Positions 1 through 9,739 of a stretch of DNA of 64,000 bases are shown piece by piece; positions within the stretch are counted from its first letter, which is position 1; each line of letters begins with the position of its first letter. Origin of the DNA: Bacteroidota bacterium (GTDB lineage Bacteria; Bacteroidota; Bacteroidia; Chitinophagales; Saprospiraceae); the NCBI GenBank assembly GCA_029567325.1, contig JAKQLF010000055.1, positions 1,581-65,580 of the forward strand. Direction: 5' to 3'. Position numbers and translations under genes: made by a program. The notes under the pieces were generated by a model. It had not been told where the DNA came from and did no database searches. It was given only the letters and a program-made list of their open reading frames with translations.

Positions 1-1028
1 TTAAAATTCCATTCATACCTGGTGGCAGTTGTAGACTTATTATCAAAAGTGAGTGTAAGTCCATTACATTCTGTATCTGGTGCTGTGAAATTAGCAACCG
101 GAGGCAGTGCACAAACTCTCACATTGTATTGAAAATCTCTATAAACAGAACCTAGATAAACTCCATTTCTGTATTCTCTTACTTCCACCCCTACCAAAAA
201 TTGACCAACCATATTGGGCGTTCCTGTAATTCTTCCTGTGAGGGAATCAATGCGTAAAGGTTCGCCGCCCAATAAATTATTGAGCCCATAACCTGTCTGA
301 AATTGCACTGGTATAAAATCAGGAACAACAGCAAAAGGTTGAGACAACTGAGGTGCCTCTCTGGTAAGACCCAAAATAGGATTCCACAATCTATAAACTA
401 GAGAATCTCCATCTGCGTCACGGGCGCTATTGTCAAAATCCAATGGTTTATCTTTACAAATATAAATGTCTGGCCAATTTTTAAATACTGGTGAAGAATT
501 TGTTTGAGTTTCAGGCACTCTGTCAATCCTAACACTATAAGTACTACCTGCCTCCAACGGATCTACAATGTTATTCAAAGAGCTGTTTCTACAACACCTT
601 TGGTACACAATGTAATATCCGCGAGTATTGTATGGAAGATAGATCTTTGTTACATATTTTGTCTCATGAACACAAACTTGTGCTCCTTCAAAACCGCAAT
701 CACTTCTGATAAAAGTGTTGAGCGTATCATCTTCACTATAGGCAACTTTGACTTGGCCATTTTTACCTAAGTCAATTCTTACCCTACCAGTTCGACCGTC
801 GTAAATGCTTAATAAAGCTGGATCATCAAACTGCGCTTCTGGGGAACCCAGATTACAATCTCTCCTTATGGTCAATGTTACTTCGAAAGTATCTTTGCCC
901 AGATATTTGTACGTTATATCACCACCTACGATGTGTGTCGCATTGATGTTACTAATGGAAAATATTAAACCAAGAGCAACAAAAAGCAAACGTATTATAT
1001 TGATTTTAATATTCATTTTCTGTTTCAT
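1..1028 (-). CDS. T9SS cargo / gliding-motility-associated C-terminal-domain family surface protein, N-terminal 342 codons; the 3' end lies beyond the window edge
   Basis: Absent from the ORF track because it runs off the edge. Reverse-complement reading from the ATG at 1028-1026 gives MKQKMNIKINIIRLLFVALGLIFSISNINATHIVGGDITYKYLGKDTFEVTLTIRRDCN... and stays open to position 1 (last codons ...YEWNF). A signal peptide is followed by the THIVGG-DITY opening typical of these Bacteroidota surface proteins. It lies directly downstream of the PorP/SprF and OmpA-like genes. Confidence 0.6.
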   Translation of the reverse strand, partial: MKQKMNIKINIIRLLFVALGLIFSISNINATHIVGGDITYKYLGKDTFEVTLTIRRDCNLGSPEAQFDDPALLSIYDGRTGRVRIDLGKNGQVKVAYSEDDTLNTFIRSDCGFEGAQVCVHETKYVTKIYLPYNTRGYYIVYQRCCRNSSLNNIVDPLEAGSTYSVRIDRVPETQTNSSPVFKNWPDIYICKDKPLDFDNSARDADGDSLVYRLWNPILGLTREAPQLSQPFAVVPDFIPVQFQTGYGLNNLLGGEPLRIDSLTGRITGTPNMVGQFLVGVEVREYRNGVYLGSVYRDFQYNVRVCALPPVANFTAPDTECNGLTLTFDNKSTTATRYEWNF

Positions 1029-1034
1029 TAGTGG

Positions 1035-3425
1035 TTATAATTTAGCTTTTACACTTATAACCTCAACTTTACGTTCCTTGGAGGCTTTGATACTATATAT
1101 AGATTCCTTCTCATTTCTGAGCTTGTCATCTACATCTACTGGCGCCAATTCTTCACCAAATGATACTTGATTGATCACCAGGCTGTTGGAATTTAAATAG
1201 GCAGCCAATCTTCCACCTTTGTAACTTTTCATTTCATTGATCACACTCATGATCCTTCTTTGAGCAAGTACAAGGTTATATTTTACGTCAAATCTTGGGG
1301 AAGCAAAACCTTTGATGGTCATCTCAATTTTCTGACCAGAATCCAACGTAACAAGTAAATCCTCCATGAATAAATTGAGCTTATCAACGCCTTCCTTCAT
1401 TTCATTGCCAAAAAAATCGTTTGTAGCTTTAGCATCTCCGTTTCTGGTTATGAATGTCTTTTTTCTAGCATTGTATGCGTTGTAAAGAGAACTATAGTTT
1501 TTATTGGTTTCAGTTGTTTTCTTATCTGGTTCTGGTTGATCGTTGTCAAAGTATAATGACAATGGCACATAGGCAGACAAGCCCAACTTTTTCAAATAAA
1601 GATCTTTCCTGATATTGTTTTCCACTCCTTTGGTATCAATCAATTCAGACACTGTCGTATAACCATCTTTTTTGGCAGTGATCTTGTAAGTTTTTCCCCT
1701 CTCCAGTTGAAAGTGGAAATCATTACTCAATTCATTAAATTTAAAAATTTGGGGTTTAGTGGGATCCGTCAGGTCTTCTATTGTTATCGTAGCACCTGCA
1801 AGGGCTTCTTTGGTATCTGCATCAAAAGTAAATGCATCCAAATTGATGAGATCCGGTTCTAAGAAAAGCTTTTTCACAATTTCGCCAGACTCTTTTATGT
1901 CTGCAGTTGAAAAAGTTATTGAATCAGATTTAAAACCAATTTTTTCTGCTTTTACCATATATTGTTTTCCCCTTTCAATAGGAAAAACATAAACATTGCT
2001 GGTATCATGTGTCATCTGTGCCAAAAGTTCACCTGTTGCTACATCATAAAGGCTCACTTTTGCACCGTGTAAATCTTCACCAGTTCTTTTATTGAATGTA
2101 AGTGCTTTGAGGCTGATCTCCAAAGGTTTGATATCCAAGGCATAGATATCAAAACAACATGATTTCAACATCTCATCTACATAAAGTGCCCCTTCCCTAT
2201 TTGAAGACATGTAACCCTTCGTAAAGTCATCAGATAATGTAAAATAAATATCGTGATAACTGGAGTTGTAGGGCGCATCCATGTGATAGATATCTACAAT
2301 GCTGTCGTTATTGAATGACGCATGGTAAATATCATAACCACCAAAACCTTGTTTACCATCAGAACTGAAGTAAAGGTTTTTGCTTGGAGTATGAAAAAAT
2401 GGTGTAATTTCTTCTTCAGAAGTATTGATCGCTGCCAAATTGATTGGCGCTGATAGACTGTCACCATCGATAAAACTATACCAAATATCCAATTTTCCTT
2501 TTCCGCCTACCCTATCAGAACTAAAAAATAACACCTCTCTATCATCATTCCCAAACTTGCCAATGGCGGGTTGAGTAGTTGTATGTGTGGTATCATTGAT
2601 GGTCGCAGGTAACATTTGAATATTTGTCACCTTGTCATCTGGCCCTAAGTTACCTTTGTATAAATCACATCTCAATTTGTGGGGTTCAATGTATTCACAT
2701 TTGGTAAAATAAATAATCGTTTTGTCGAGATTCATGGCTGTGTTACCCAAAGACATGTCAGTATCGTTCAAATCCTTATCAAAGACATCTATGACTCCAT
2801 CTTTGTCTTGCATGATTTTGGAAATTTGACGGGGAGGATTCAACTTTGATTTTGTCTCTTTAAATCGCATAGATGAAAAAATCAAATTGCTATCTTTTAC
2901 CATGGCTCCAAATTCGGAATCAGGACTATTGACTTCTGTTTCCAATCTTTCCAAAGTCACATTTGGATCAACATCGTTCATTTTGAGGTTTGCCCAATCG
3001 ACCGCAACTTTTTCTACACGAGCCTTTTGAGTAAAATAATCCGTATCATCGCTGTATTGCGATAAGTACATGTTGTAATAATCGCCTGCTTTTCCATAAT
3101 TACCAATCCTTTGGTGCATTTCACCCAGGTAAAAATAAAGCATCTTATCCTCATTGTAATTGAGGGTATCTAAAAGGTATTCGTATCGTTGTATGGCCAG
3201 TTGGTAAGAATTGAACTGACGTGCTGCATCGCCGGATTTTTTTAGTGCATTGATATCATTTGCATCAAAATCCAACACTTCATTGAAGTAGACAAGTGCT
3301 CCATAGTAGTTTTTTTCTACCAGGGCTTTCTCGCCTGCTTCCACATATTGACTTTTGGTCTGTGCCATGGCACAGGTCGCCCAAAGGGTCATTATGTAAA
3401 ACAGTATGTATAGTTTTCTACTCAT
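1035..3425 (-). CDS. OmpA-family outer-membrane-associated protein with N-terminal TPR, PD40/TolB-like repeats and a CarboxypepD_reg-like domain
   Basis: 796-aa ORF with a signal peptide (MTLWATCAMAQ). It has TPR-like helices and PD40-type repeats (LFFSSDRVGGKGKLDIWYS; LYFSSDGKQGFGGYDIYHA). The C-terminal OmpA-like region includes LAQRRIMSV and ERKVEV. Confidence 0.7.
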   Translation of the reverse strand: MSRKLYILFYIMTLWATCAMAQTKSQYVEAGEKALVEKNYYGALVYFNEVLDFDANDINALKKSGDAARQFNSYQLAIQRYEYLLDTLNYNEDKMLYFYLGEMHQRIGNYGKAGDYYNMYLSQYSDDTDYFTQKARVEKVAVDWANLKMNDVDPNVTLERLETEVNSPDSEFGAMVKDSNLIFSSMRFKETKSKLNPPRQISKIMQDKDGVIDVFDKDLNDTDMSLGNTAMNLDKTIIYFTKCEYIEPHKLRCDLYKGNLGPDDKVTNIQMLPATINDTTHTTTQPAIGKFGNDDREVLFFSSDRVGGKGKLDIWYSFIDGDSLSAPINLAAINTSEEEITPFFHTPSKNLYFSSDGKQGFGGYDIYHASFNNDSIVDIYHMDAPYNSSYHDIYFTLSDDFTKGYMSSNREGALYVDEMLKSCCFDIYALDIKPLEISLKALTFNKRTGEDLHGAKVSLYDVATGELLAQMTHDTSNVYVFPIERGKQYMVKAEKIGFKSDSITFSTADIKESGEIVKKLFLEPDLINLDAFTFDADTKEALAGATITIEDLTDPTKPQIFKFNELSNDFHFQLERGKTYKITAKKDGYTTVSELIDTKGVENNIRKDLYLKKLGLSAYVPLSLYFDNDQPEPDKKTTETNKNYSSLYNAYNARKKTFITRNGDAKATNDFFGNEMKEGVDKLNLFMEDLLVTLDSGQKIEMTIKGFASPRFDVKYNLVLAQRRIMSVINEMKSYKGGRLAAYLNSNSLVINQVSFGEELAPVDVDDKLRNEKESIYSIKASKERKVEVISVKAKL

Positions 3426-3440
3426 AAATCGTTCTTGGAA

Positions 3441-4460
3441 TTAGTAGATAGGGCAAGCTTTCCTTTGAGAAAGAGGCCTTACTTTTGAAAAAATATAACG
3501 CACGTGAAATTCGGGACCTCCACGTTTACTGTTTAATGCATTGTTGATGGTCGTATTATCAACGTCATAACTGAATCCTACATACCATTGCCTGAATTGC
3601 AATGCGACGCTTGGAATAAACGAACCAGCAGTTCTGTATCCCAATCCTAGATAAAGTTGTGTTTCTGAACCTCTTTTTTGGTTTAGATAAATTTTTCCTA
3701 TTGCACCAAAAAGAGATTCCCGATAAGTCGTTTGCAATTGTTGCATGACATTGAGCTGCAAATCAAGCGCATTGATGATTTTGAATGAACCCATAGCAGT
3801 CAACGAAAGATGCATTGGTAACCTTTTGTCGTCGGTTGTGTAAAAATCTGTTTTGGGTTGGTAAAGGTGGAAAGCACCTATACCAGCATCAATTTTTGTT
3901 CTGGTATTTTTTTGCCATCGGTAATTGATACCAGCGCCAGTTTCTAAAAAACTTACCGCACTCAGGTCAAAATTTTCACCTGAAGCACCTCCGCTGTTGA
4001 ATTGAATTCCATCCCATTGTTTATCCCATGTGAGCTCAGTAAGGTTAAATCCCCTTCGCGCAAAACCAAGCATGGCTCCGGCGGTTATCAGGTTTTTCTT
4101 ATCAAGCTCCTTGGTAATGGAACCACTCAAATTGAGTCCAGCAAGAACCAATCTGGAATCACCTTGTTTGTCATAATTGAAGTTGATTCCCCAACCATAG
4201 AAATAATCTTTGTTGACGGGTAAAATGTTGCTATCAAAAGCACCACTGAAGGTTGTCCAAGGTACGGGAACAAATCTCCACTGATCTCTGAGGGAAAGAT
4301 TGTACCGTTGACTTCCATTAAAAACACCTGTAAGCGCAGGGTTTAAATTTTGGGGCGAATTATAAAACTGCGAATAGTGCAAATCTTGCCCATGCAGTCC
4401 TATACCGACCCAAATCAATAGGATCGACAAGAAATGAGTTTTAGTGTAGAATTTGTTCAA
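3441..4460 (-). CDS. PorP/SprF family type IX secretion system membrane protein
   Basis: 339-aa ORF with a signal peptide followed by QDLHYSQFYNSPQNLNPALTG, the characteristic PorP/SprF N-terminal motif. The remainder has beta-barrel-like alternating sequence. It heads an operon with the OmpA-like and T9SS cargo genes. Confidence 0.75.
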   Translation of the reverse strand: MNKFYTKTHFLSILLIWVGIGLHGQDLHYSQFYNSPQNLNPALTGVFNGSQRYNLSLRDQWRFVPVPWTTFSGAFDSNILPVNKDYFYGWGINFNYDKQGDSRLVLAGLNLSGSITKELDKKNLITAGAMLGFARRGFNLTELTWDKQWDGIQFNSGGASGENFDLSAVSFLETGAGINYRWQKNTRTKIDAGIGAFHLYQPKTDFYTTDDKRLPMHLSLTAMGSFKIINALDLQLNVMQQLQTTYRESLFGAIGKIYLNQKRGSETQLYLGLGYRTAGSFIPSVALQFRQWYVGFSYDVDNTTINNALNSKRGGPEFHVRYIFSKVRPLSQRKACPIY

Positions 4461-4952
4461 GGTTATAAGTTTACGTTCTACCCAGAAAGTTTTACCCTTT
4501 CTGAATCATTCTTAAATTGAGTTCAATATGTTCATAGTTCTAAGATCAAAAATTGTGCTAATTTTTAATATGAACTAATATTTATGTTTTACAAGCTGAT
4601 TATCAAGCATATGCACTATAACTATTAATTTTTGGTATTGAAAATGCTAGGTCCGTCGTGTGCAAAATCAATCTACCATCTACTAAAAGTATGGTGTAGT
4701 AATCTCATGGAGAGTTGCCTTTTGAATTAGAATTGAATGCTAAAGTAAGCAATAAGACCCAATTGAAAAAAGCTTACTTAAAGAAAATAATATATTATTA
4801 TTTTTAAATATTTACTTTCTCAACATATTATATTTTGCAATAATAGATAATACTTATTATATATTTCTTAAATATGATAGTCGATTTTTGCCATGTTGCA
4901 GTGATAATTAAGAAGATAAGCATTATAAATAATCGTAATTATATTACATTTG

Positions 4953-5498
4953 ATGACTACTAAAATTATACTTATGCGAATTTCAGATATAGGGCAATTG
5001 CCAAAATTTTTTGACAGATATATCACTTTGGTGGAGGATATCGATTTGATGTCTGGCTTGGTAAAATATCAGTCACTTTTCACCAATGATGAATACGAAA
5101 AAGTGGTGGAATTGGGAGATATGGTTTATGCAAAAGGTAAGTGGACCATCAGAGAAATCGTGCAACATCTCATAGACAATGAACGGGTGCAAAGTTATCG
5201 GGCATTGCGTTTTTCGCGCGGTGATATGACTATTTTACCTGGTTATGATGAAGATTTATTGGCGGCGGGTGCGAATGCCAATGATCGGTCTCTGGATGCT
5301 TTATTACAAGAATTTGAAGTCGTGCGTAGATCATCATTACTCCTCTTTTCGTCCATGACTGAAGATCAAATGTTGATAAAGGGCAATGCTAATGCCATTG
5401 AAATATCCTCATTGTCTCTCGGTTTCCAGATAATTGGACATCAAATTCATCACAAAAATGTCATCAATGACCGATATTTTCCTTTATTGGGCCAATAA
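4953..5498 (+). CDS. DinB-family (DinB_2) metal-dependent four-helix-bundle protein
   Basis: The ORF has the helical-bundle pattern with conserved His positions (IVQHLIDNE ... IIGHQIHH). The start is ambiguous: TTG 4950, ATG 4953 or ATG 4974. Confidence 0.6.
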   Translation: MTTKIILMRISDIGQLPKFFDRYITLVEDIDLMSGLVKYQSLFTNDEYEKVVELGDMVYAKGKWTIREIVQHLIDNERVQSYRALRFSRGDMTILPGYDEDLLAAGANANDRSLDALLQEFEVVRRSSLLLFSSMTEDQMLIKGNANAIEISSLSLGFQIIGHQIHHKNVINDRYFPLLGQ

Positions 5499-5546
5499 AA
5501 TAATGAATACCCCTAGACTTCCGTTTATGACAAACAAAGACTATAA

Positions 5547-6164
5547 ATGAAATATCATTTACTTTTTTTCCTGTGCCTTATCACTGAGATTGCGTTTGCA
5601 CAATTCAATTTTATAGGTAATTTTCAATCAAATAATTATTTGGATTGGCATGGTAAAAATCTAGCTAACCCAAGCCCAGAAACACTTGCAGCATTTGATG
5701 GATTAAAAGGTTTGGGGTTGGATGCAGAGTATTTGCTACAACCAGACAGGGAACGCCAATTTTACTATCTGGGCAATATAGGTGCTGATATCACTTTGGG
5801 AAATGCTGATTATCAGAAAATTATATATCCTCATATTGGGCTTGGTATTCTTTTCTATCCTTTCAATATGAATGGCGATTGCGATTGTCCCAGTTTCTAT
5901 CAAGAAGGTACTTTTTTTAGTAGGGGTTTACACTTTGCACTCAAAGCCAATGGCGGTCTTATGAAACTTACAGATCAAAAGGGTCAAATTCAAGGATTGT
6001 TTGAAGCCAATGCGGGTATAAATATACCGATAAGCAAGACGCAATCCCTTGCCCCATTTGTAGGATTTGCAATTGGTACGAGTGTCAAAAATGCATTATT
6101 GGAGGATCAAAATAAATCAACCCTCAACCAGTTAATTTTTGGAGTGAGGTATTCCATTCAGTAA
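5547..6164 (+). CDS. Hypothetical outer-membrane beta-barrel protein
   Basis: 205-aa ORF with a signal peptide (LFFLCLITEIAFAQ), alternating Gly/aromatic beta-strand pattern, and a C-terminal aromatic-rich strand (FGVRYSIQ). Confidence 0.45.
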   Translation: MKYHLLFFLCLITEIAFAQFNFIGNFQSNNYLDWHGKNLANPSPETLAAFDGLKGLGLDAEYLLQPDRERQFYYLGNIGADITLGNADYQKIIYPHIGLGILFYPFNMNGDCDCPSFYQEGTFFSRGLHFALKANGGLMKLTDQKGQIQGLFEANAGINIPISKTQSLAPFVGFAIGTSVKNALLEDQNKSTLNQLIFGVRYSIQ

Positions 6165-6495
6165 ACTTTTGGATTAAGGCTAGAGAAAATCTCCATATCA
6201 GTTTGGAATTGAAAAGCTGAAAAAAAGGTGAAAGAAAACAGGTTTTCTAAGTCTCTTTAGGCATCAAAGAATAGCGTTTATGACAACCGTAGAAATCATT
6301 TACGATCTCCATACAATTCTTTACTAGGCTTTTCATTAAGCTTCTTCTATCATCTGTCTTCTAGAGAAGAATTTAAAAATACAACCGAACCATAGGCTCA
6401 TCATATTTCAAATAAAACTATATTTGCATCAGTATTTGGTTGCAAGATCATTAATAATAACTAATGGATTACTGATTAATCTTATTGGTTTAATA

Positions 6496-6690
6496 AATGG
6501 TGGAGCATTAATAGGGAATACCGAGTGTAAATCCGGAGCAGTCCCCGCTTCTGTAAGTTTCAAATAAAAGCATCTGCAATTATGTCACTTTCTGAAAAGA
6601 AGGGAAGGCTGCAAGGTGTGAGACAAGCCAGAAGACCTGCCAAGTACCATTATTGATTTTTTACCTCGGAGGAAGGTGGAGCAATGAGCC
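6496..6690 (+). promoter_or_regulatory. Cobalamin (B12) riboswitch
   Basis: Matches to the conserved aptamer core are read directly from the sequence. They are GGTGGAGC..AATAGGGAA..CCGAGTGTAAATCCGGAGCAGTCCCCGCTTCTGTAAG, then GTCACT...GAAGGGAAGGC, then the B12 box AGCCAGAAGACCTGCC (about 6626-6641). It lies upstream of the 6813 CDS on the same strand. Confidence 0.8.
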
Positions 6691-6812
6691 TATAATGAGT
6701 AGTGGCATTGTTGTGTGCTACTTTCAACCGCTGTCATCTGATGTGGGGGCTTTTGCTTTGTATTTTGAGAGGTAATGTCGAGCATTATTACAAACAAAAC
6801 AAATCATACAAG

Positions 6813-7784
6813 ATGAAGTACAAATTCACCCTTATCTTCTTTTTTGCAATTAGTCTGCAGTGTTTTACCCAAGACACCATTGATTTTGAATCATTTAATC
6901 TGGTACCTGGAAAATTTCTCAATGGTTCAGATGCTCCTGGATTTTTCCAAGAAACTAATTTGATCCTACCTAATGCTTACAACAAAGATTGGATGGCATG
7001 GTCTGGCTGGTCTATTTCAAGTATGCAAGACACACTCACGGCTGGTTTCACCAATGAATACAGCACAATTGCAGGTGCTGGTGCTGATAATTCTACAACC
7101 TATGCTGTTGCTTATGTTGCTACTGGGCAAAACCTGCTCAAAGTAAATGACGCAGATAACCGTTTTATCAGAGGATTTTATGTAAACAATAGCACGTATG
7201 CCTATTTAAGCATGAAAAATGGAGATGCTTTTGCCAAAAAGTTTGGAGGTGTGACGGGAAATGATCCTGACTTTTTCAAGCTTACTATAAAGTCATATAA
7301 AGGTGGTGTGTTATCTGAAGATTTTGTGGAAGTAATGTTGGCTGATTACAGGAATACCGACAACAGCCAAGATTATATTCTTAAAGATTGGGAATATGTT
7401 GATGTCTCTTCGCTAGGACTAAATGATAGTTTGAGCCTACAACTCACTTCTAGCGACAATGGGGCATTTGGCATGAATACGCCAGCATATTTTTGTATTG
7501 ATAAAGTAGCCCTCGGGTTCACAGTTAGCAATGAAGATTTTGTTATAGACCAACAACCAAAAATGGAGTTTTCACCAAATCCAACCTCAGGTGAGGTAAA
7601 CATCAAAATGAATGGCCAAATTATTGCTGACCAAACATTATTTTTCTATGATCAATCTGGAAAATTAATGGCCAAGAGGCAAGCAATTAATGGAGTTGTG
7701 GACTTGACCAATCTAAATAAAAACGTGTACATCGTAAAGGACTATAATCTAAATAATCACGGTGCTGTTTTAATTAAAATGTGA
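6813..7784 (+). CDS. Secreted DUF4465-like protein with a T9SS C-terminal sorting domain
   Basis: I start the gene at MKYKFTLIFFFAISLQCFTQ (signal peptide), because the track's longer ORF from 6702 overlaps the riboswitch. The central WSGWSISS...TNEYS...GAGADNSTTYAVAYV resembles DUF4465 as I recall it. The last ~75 aa (FSPNPTSGEVNIKM...LFFYDQSGKLMAK...NVYIVK) look like a Por secretion tail. Confidence 0.6.
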   Translation: MKYKFTLIFFFAISLQCFTQDTIDFESFNLVPGKFLNGSDAPGFFQETNLILPNAYNKDWMAWSGWSISSMQDTLTAGFTNEYSTIAGAGADNSTTYAVAYVATGQNLLKVNDADNRFIRGFYVNNSTYAYLSMKNGDAFAKKFGGVTGNDPDFFKLTIKSYKGGVLSEDFVEVMLADYRNTDNSQDYILKDWEYVDVSSLGLNDSLSLQLTSSDNGAFGMNTPAYFCIDKVALGFTVSNEDFVIDQQPKMEFSPNPTSGEVNIKMNGQIIADQTLFFYDQSGKLMAKRQAINGVVDLTNLNKNVYIVKDYNLNNHGAVLIKM

Positions 7785-7977
7785 TTTTTCCTAGATAATT
7801 TTTAAACTTCTTCAAGGAAATAGGAGTAGTAAAAGGCGTTGGATATTCGATAAATTGTTGAAAATCCCACGCTTTTTATTTTGATAAACAGTGCCTAAAT
7901 GGCCCCGTATTTCCCATTTTCATGGAGAATAGTTAGCAAATATCACCCAAAAAGGTGACCCTTTAGAAATTCTGATA

Positions 7978-8412
7978 ATGATATCTTTGGATATTAATCA
8001 TAACCAAAGATCAATGCTTTTAAAGGAGAAAAATTATTCAGTGTCATTCGACACAGTTCATCAAGTAAAGTTGACCAAACTCACGAATCTAGGCATCAAA
8101 AAATATGCTTTACCTGGTTGTAGGCAAAAAGAATGGTGCACTTTAAATGATTTTCTTTTTTGCAAGGCAGAGGGAAATTATTCTATGATCTATTATGCCA
8201 ATGGTAAACACCTCATGATCAGTAAAACAATGAGTGTAGTAGTAGGTATTTTCCCGGAAAAATATTTAGTGAGACCTCACCATGGTTATGTATTGAACAT
8301 CACTCACATCCTATCTCTGGATAATCAAAATATCGTACTAAAAGGCAATACCATCATTCCGATCAGTAGAAGAAAACGCAAAGAAGTTTTGGAACAAATT
8401 GCAAGTTTTTGA
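7978..8412 (+). CDS. Stand-alone LytTR-domain DNA-binding protein
   Basis: The C-terminal half (FCKAEGNYSMIYYANGKHLMISKTMS...FPEKYLVRPHHGYVLNITHI...IPISRRKRKEV) fits the LytTR pattern. No receiver domain is present. The start is uncertain. Confidence 0.6.
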   Translation: MISLDINHNQRSMLLKEKNYSVSFDTVHQVKLTKLTNLGIKKYALPGCRQKEWCTLNDFLFCKAEGNYSMIYYANGKHLMISKTMSVVVGIFPEKYLVRPHHGYVLNITHILSLDNQNIVLKGNTIIPISRRKRKEVLEQIASF

Positions 8413-8434
8413 AGCCAAAAGTTTGATTCAGCTA

Positions 8435-9739
8435 TCACAAAGCCTCTGCGACTATAAAAATACTGCCTCCTACAAAAATTACATCGTCCTTTTTTGCATT
8501 GACTTTAGCACTTACTAATGCTTCATTGACGGTCATAAACACCTCACCTTTCAAATCATAACTAAATGCTTCTTCCTTTAAAATAAAAGGATCAAGTGCT
8601 CTTGGAATACTCGCTTTCGTAAAATAATAATGGGCATTTTTGGGAAGAAAAGGTAAAATTTTACTCCGGTCTTTATCGCTGACAAATCCTATTACAAAAT
8701 GCAATTGACCACTTCCCAGCAATGCCAATTGGTCTAGGACATAATTCATACCGCCCTCATTATGAGCACTATCAACTAATACTAGTGGATTTTTACCAAT
8801 AATTTGCCATCTGCCAATGTACTTTACCTTTTTACTAAAAGAAGCCAAAAAAGCTTTCAATTGGGCAACGTCAAATAGAATTTGATGAGATTGCAACAAT
8901 GAAATAGCCGCAAATGCAGTAGTTAGGTTGTGTTTTTGAAAAGGTCCACTGATGTCGATCTGGAAAAGTTCATTTTCAAAAACGCCTTTGGACCTAAATT
9001 GCATTCCATACAAACTATTTTCAATCACCTCCATTTGAACTAAATCAGATGCATAAAACATTTTACTGGAATTAACTGCTGCTATTTTGTTGAAAACAGG
9101 ATCTGTTTCTGTTTGCTGTTCACCAATTAAAACCGGAACCCCAGGCTTGATAATGCCAGCCTTTTCAGCAGCTATAGCCTCAATGGTATTGCCCAATAAA
9201 TCAGTATGATCAAGTGATATATTGGTGATTATACTCAAAATTGGTTGGACAATGTTGGTGGAGTCCAATCTTCCACCCAAACCTACTTCAATAACAGCAA
9301 AATCTACCTTTTTAGCAGCAAAATGAGCAAATGACATCGCAACTGTAATCTCAAAAAAGCTTGGTTTTATTTCTTCAATGAGTGTTATGTTTTCATTCAT
9401 AAAGTCTATGACAAATCTCTTTGAAGATAGACTGCCATTGATCTTCATCCTTTCACGCAGATCTTTATAATGTGGAGAGGTATGTAAACCAACTGTATAA
9501 CCTTGGCTTTGCAACATACCAGCAACTAAATGACTTACCGTGCCTTTCCCATTGGTACCAGCTACATGGATTATTTTATATTGATTTTGTGGATTCCCAA
9601 TCGCTGAGCAAAGGTTTTCGATGTTTGCCAAACTTGGTTTCAATGCTGCAGCTCCTACCCTGCTAAACATAGGCAATTGCTCCAATAAAAAGGATTCTAC
9701 TTCCGAGTAATTTCTAAAACTACGAGAACGTTTTTGCAT
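8435..9739 (-). CDS. folC: Bifunctional folylpolyglutamate synthase / dihydrofolate synthase
   Basis: Mur-ligase P-loop HVAGTNGKGT, HTSPHY, and the SLDHTDLLG motif. I chose the start at the ATG at 9739 (MQKRS...) rather than the longer track ORF; even so it overlaps the upstream gene's 3' end by 20 nt. Confidence 0.85.
   Translation of the reverse strand: MQKRSRSFRNYSEVESFLLEQLPMFSRVGAAALKPSLANIENLCSAIGNPQNQYKIIHVAGTNGKGTVSHLVAGMLQSQGYTVGLHTSPHYKDLRERMKINGSLSSKRFVIDFMNENITLIEEIKPSFFEITVAMSFAHFAAKKVDFAVIEVGLGGRLDSTNIVQPILSIITNISLDHTDLLGNTIEAIAAEKAGIIKPGVPVLIGEQQTETDPVFNKIAAVNSSKMFYASDLVQMEVIENSLYGMQFRSKGVFENELFQIDISGPFQKHNLTTAFAAISLLQSHQILFDVAQLKAFLASFSKKVKYIGRWQIIGKNPLVLVDSAHNEGGMNYVLDQLALLGSGQLHFVIGFVSDKDRSKILPFLPKNAHYYFTKASIPRALDPFILKEEAFSYDLKGEVFMTVNEALVSAKVNAKKDDVIFVGGSIFIVAEAL

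Noticed and set aside
504-1170. Two + strand ORFs from the track (88 aa and 121 aa)
   Set aside because: They lie antisense within, or overlap, the much better supported minus-strand cargo gene (1-1028) and the end of the OmpA-like gene. Their translations are low-complexity with no motifs.
4461-4949. 490-bp AT-rich intergenic region, inspected for small RNAs or ORFs
   Set aside because: Only very short ORFs and weak hairpins were seen. It is most simply explained as a divergent promoter region.
6702-6812. N-terminal extension of the 360-aa track ORF (GTG start at 6702)
   Set aside because: It begins only about 12 nt downstream of the cobalamin riboswitch region, within its likely expression platform. 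A proper signal peptide begins at the ATG at 6813.
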